Assembly: GCA_025839675.1 (NCBI GenBank)
Contig: CP104013.1
Coordinates: 5,760,001-5,792,000 of the forward strand
Reading direction: 5' to 3'
From: Candidatus Lokiarchaeum ossiferum
GTDB lineage: Archaea > Asgardarchaeota > Lokiarchaeia > Sigyniarchaeales > Promethearchaeaceae
Length of the DNA: 32,000 bases
The notes beneath the pieces were generated by a model that had not been told where the DNA came from, did not search any database, and saw only the letters and a program-made list of their open reading frames with translations. Below are positions 31,601 to 32,000 of this stretch, piece by piece (position 1 is the first letter of the stretch; each line of letters opens with the position of its first letter). A program made the position numbers and the translations under genes.

Positions 31601-32000
31601 GAAAATGAACAAGTTTTGGGCGAAATATGACGGGGATGGGCAATATACTTTTATTGTACGGGCTTTTGATCAGAATTTTAATGCAGAACTTATCACCGTT
31701 GATTTAAATATTGTGCAACCTCGCTTAAACCTCCCAGCTAATACTCCGGTGCCAACCATCGGAAGTGATGAATGGTTAAACCTTACTTTATCCAATCTTG
31801 GAGATCAAGTGGTGAGTGTTGAAATGCTGCTTTATACAGACATTACGGCCAGTTTCTTAGCTCCATGGTCATTAAGCGACTATGAGGAAGCAACCGAGAA
31901 TTTAATTGATCATCCGACGGATCCCGATGCCCTTCCAGCCTGGAATTCTTTGCGAATCCATACAACCATTCCCTATCTTGATCTGCCTGATTTGAACAAG
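22674..32000 (+). CDS. giant multi-pass membrane / adhesin-like surface protein, 3'-truncated by the window (>3,070-3,120 codons visible)
   Basis: Frame mod3=0 has stops at 22623 and 22629, then none up to nt 32000. I translated most of it by hand, and the track lists no frame-0 + ORF after 22632, as expected for an ORF without a stop. Start candidates: TTG 22674, TTG 22707, ATG 22785. Seven hydrophobic segments: ~23316-23372, 23403-23468, 24159-24212, 24225-24287, 24576-24632, 25923-25982, 26040-26099. Repeated ~100-aa Ig/cadherin-like modules with boundary motifs (VVNTLPFIDP, VMDLAPEVTT, VMDNLNPEVT, CIDNERPVLEV, VDNDNPEITF). Many N-x-S/T sequons. Confidence 0.85.
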   Translation, partial: MDPIHFWFYKELEELDLKNQGRFSSDKKSYGENNLRSMIKNLCKVNDMVSKTTCSKGNVPPFSLKGPEPTPLAINTQEHDLTKFRSSLHLLGCSKDPASFSLEELVQAYKLPLEHPYYSKKTRFVNRAYLRSITPPLSENRIDRLLKVPVKTKRVASHIESEPYQLHYDGIVDEPFDPVPFPTLSSPPKDPPKKSPKLPPDLKTNLPSRKNGPCSFFLTLFAVVPLITIIFLFPHLQGAFHHSVGYIASLVLGTAYYGTLGLIVWKPYFLKHQTFRHNLWRRICSPFLLLRRKILSTIQTIGNIFSPAMRYIGGKIIQIRTNLIQWRKVQSHKGKIYLQQKKNWIISLLKSTRSYEKGLVIRRRCLQSKSRINDHISSLTFHTKEAITTKYVHFKSLWLRLEAKSQLCEVLGAQLWLISHILRLPYYLGKEGVFLVQAIGSEFHEIQCSIQTSWRRKKRHHKVKHTSQRSDERTAPKWILFFQSLCGQTLYKGLQVSMAILALGSMVLVLLQFKLSTPLIPFLALLLGGGLLPGFLLGDPKKHETSPVDVNIFSSSLDEDTSYQPKVVERKTKWDYYYGFLKALEIRRENIARNKRKQHQTPKASPSKLAIPLIPKKNPISSSSALSSPFSRRIMPFVSVLFLIACVPSITLSDQQTTTVNISPMANLTMELGSPEMLSFAVETHQLQSVSYAVLVNNEIFQEGTLGPSQGLDLPLNHLPEGKHYISLQITTPRHESVVEDCWVTVVNTLPFIDPSPTPEQFEDDNMDATLRWRITDPSVLTPVYDLCIYHDNKVVTSENGNLSQSLTNPDQFTSHYNIASLGVGTYQYAFCVKDGLGAPIWDNGTFTIVMDLAPEVTTPQSILYVEQGDVVELDFTISDPRRTGFYDVRLGDQELIANTAYENFAHVSQEINTSSMSCDEYQYTLQCIATLSKLKTYQTIIVYVMDNLNPEVTHTNESIATTDGTFHTLRFEVHDSHLLSNFTSNLTINGEGYSIKDLQNRFPSTSEMNSEATVYRLNLTLPARLFHEGQNDIMFQVTDGEGGSTIHDFHLFQNSTQTLLVENLATPNFFKQALESTPLENQLFLLLSGCLFIFALMAMFWFHHRKTDPKMTSVQRIRFRFITLFLVGLNFGFPQFIQAQAAPSPLNPISDLSLSMIYPTIENQTSYTDPLTFGILLYDWLTLEWTCDYDAYQVVQIKNLTDGTVIYEHRQFQVAGARSHQIAISPTLGFLPDQNYSVQVITEDVGSLYSTYGYSETFMLNVFKAHAVFTFDQTVDNQDKGIFAVTRRLNETAYFRFDLHYKTQLVDAYNPRRYVSAEPIIVESPSMTGYDPVTIGTTGQFGDHEFVTMRTSLNFTEGARWTFEGNDYYEETHASDYLDAQSLISAHDYTQPEDLANYTSSGDTYSNSSSIDTVTNLYRYFSWEAGETGYNGFIRSETNSTYYAYGVKDSSDCLFFGSTSMNPLETMLYSPSIYYYADGAKSASTSITFGTKQDYNSFADVFENSNIFDVDIILFDEDFTILEQRSLFDGNIVAMQTKTIDFNLAHFTVPRAFRLALQIRINPLWHNATWDDADELYFLLRSISFDIDYNYAQWGSSSSLDDFQSMTLLEETQPMQFRRGGSQAMFYVHSGVDSQFANGPIKSEGEFILPSPVDFTDPSLAASNLTLTTNFELAHYVVEANNGAYSYSIRVIPQLIDQTYLSSIPLASASNVQDLTTVVQLTTDLNAFKGQPIDHFLLQVWFEVPGDPLSSDKSDEYRSLFTEITLDVNNSIITDLVEGSTTGNSTMYSWMVDIMPEIGDQLLDVTTYTPDSMGYFRNWMTTDVPFACGTDWNAYPTINGSHIDWTHDYAPGDYVIPQEVPIAGSNNESQWVEYTSAKELFEIDKYYGADDYLCSYVMMYVYFPQYEPNVYLKVGSQDGSRIVWDDGEVCYNHVQRFLGKNSDDEQDIINLENGVTAGWHRLFIQTEGYDSNWLLRLRFSTIDGEGDSFYSAIPGLRYSHTPPLQETRFSSKTLKVIPTKKQSSESSRNALVMEIPEQPVSEGATGKTSIITPITNGEGLGDTLFNGTLTITLKPSVSSATVDSATLNVTMFFDLYIKDGMNWISEYTTQIYACELSYTTMLSLSLEEITLDLDTLFADYTGDGDPSLSYYRMYYRTEIQATSTGKCPEAQVEILNTQLTLIDLPPAGAFVNLQTGDMLFGTEMITIQAQSHDVISTRLLGSQDGLSWKSIAETTVHNNWLFTLQFNTATNPAFPPNDDEFYLMVQLRDHFSTINTSLVIVCIDNERPVLEVPDWEPIDNILCNPTNISIISEAPDIMQVRFEAISSATGSWTNPIFLSNYTFTNVEGNLTEYGFLLDPFMLDVGTFDFRAVCLDKTWDEATASIIELGNLTVSRFNPEFTLPTPTNNTGLVSGLIPFNFSSGAINLDNITLSTRLGEYASLSQSPEDKYYVELDSAMLFGEYEQQMETFTFTFTVNGYSQAWTYRLYVDNDNPEITFGFDPSVSVSSDSIETSLDEIPVVSLSQPINLIQDQTQISLDISHNNTADLAYLEYYGLFYHRESDADGWLDYNAISYDRGVDGFNWIQDISNGLLFAIDKMIANGITWSTLPSLSGSDYHYLQYVTEWNVNGLSNTYFNEEMTSAQTDFASNLSLLLSYLTTDQLSSAYDLMLRTIKPHLTELATNEYDVPWETPEKVVFGTYFSDDLATYTPTINLEGFPDGYFQLGTSITDHVGLRDESVSPLYFLENNLPTFQIVSPADNEQLVILPDQCNYVNFSMYVPDRDIRSIALTNMVMFDDLVTEDLTFDMGQDLPNHRVDFGFNLSEAISNTIVNTYVLNPQCAWTITTEDFAGRIYTQTRTFTCVQIPDHIGPQFLNYTVPDASALWTEGCDIVLNITDFGNPVFDVNMTYVGDDVASGIRYLEVWLSEIPQNLDPRQIYFPIMDFETTGDSSMLDNFLGFIITSESDGTYIFNPAKMNKFWAKYDGDGQYTFIVRAFDQNFNAELITVDLNIVQPRLNLPANTPVPTIGSDEWLNLTLSNLGDQVVSVEMLLYTDITASFLAPWSLSDYEEATENLIDHPTDPDALPAWNSLRIHTTIPYLDLPDLNK
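28287..28619 (+). other. PA14/GLEYA-like carbohydrate-binding-type domain inside the giant ORF (tentative)
   Basis: WVEYTSAKELFEIDKYYGADDYLCSYVMMYVYFPQYEPNVYLKVGSQDGSRIVWDDGEVCYNH...LENGVTAGWHRLFIQTEGYDSNWLLRLRFS resembles the PA14 pattern (f.a.f..p.tG.Y.f...sDDg.rlwiDg....... L.aG..y.i.ieY.e..g.a.l.l.w). Confidence 0.4.

Noticed and set aside
1-32000. Genome-wide reassignment of TAA to Gln (suggested by the TAA at the conserved Q position of the GHKL N-box)
   Set aside because: Long genes here (the 1023-, 898- and 398-codon ORFs and the >3,100-codon ORF) contain no in-frame TAA. In addition, TAA terminates several well-delimited genes (for example 10745, 14447, 21162). A true sense TAA in such AT-rich DNA would be frequent inside genes.

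Overview
AT-rich, compositionally mosaic window that looks archaeal: it has a TFIIB/TFB-like Zn-ribbon plus cyclin-fold gene and surface proteins rich in N-x-S/T sequons. The lineage cannot be determined from sequence alone.

Left third (1-8.5 kb): a very AT-rich accessory block. It holds an Apea-like HEPN (Rx4H) gene and an HD + GHKL/Bergerat ATPase gene. The ORF track splits each into two same-frame ORFs, and the only interruptions are in-frame TAA codons. Next come a higher-GC 3' remnant of a surface-protein gene and a 1.67-kb stretch with no listed ORF, containing two ~100-bp direct repeats, several hairpins and an atypical tRNA.

Middle: a small membrane protein, a divergent TFB-like/wHTH pair, a flavodiiron protein, a NYN+LOTUS protein, an LVIVD/thrombospondin-type-3-repeat surface protein with a cytoplasmic HTH-like tail, and a very AT-rich NACHT STAND NTPase.

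Right third: a wHTH regulator, a 3 x ~21-bp TTGCCAAAT repeat array, and one + strand frame open from 22632 to the window end (>3,100 codons). This frame is absent from the ORF track because it never reaches a stop. It encodes a giant adhesin-like protein with seven predicted TM segments. Its internal junctions look like a C-terminal membrane anchor followed directly, in frame, by a new signal peptide. I consider this ORF and the stop-codon-interrupted conflict genes the most interesting items.
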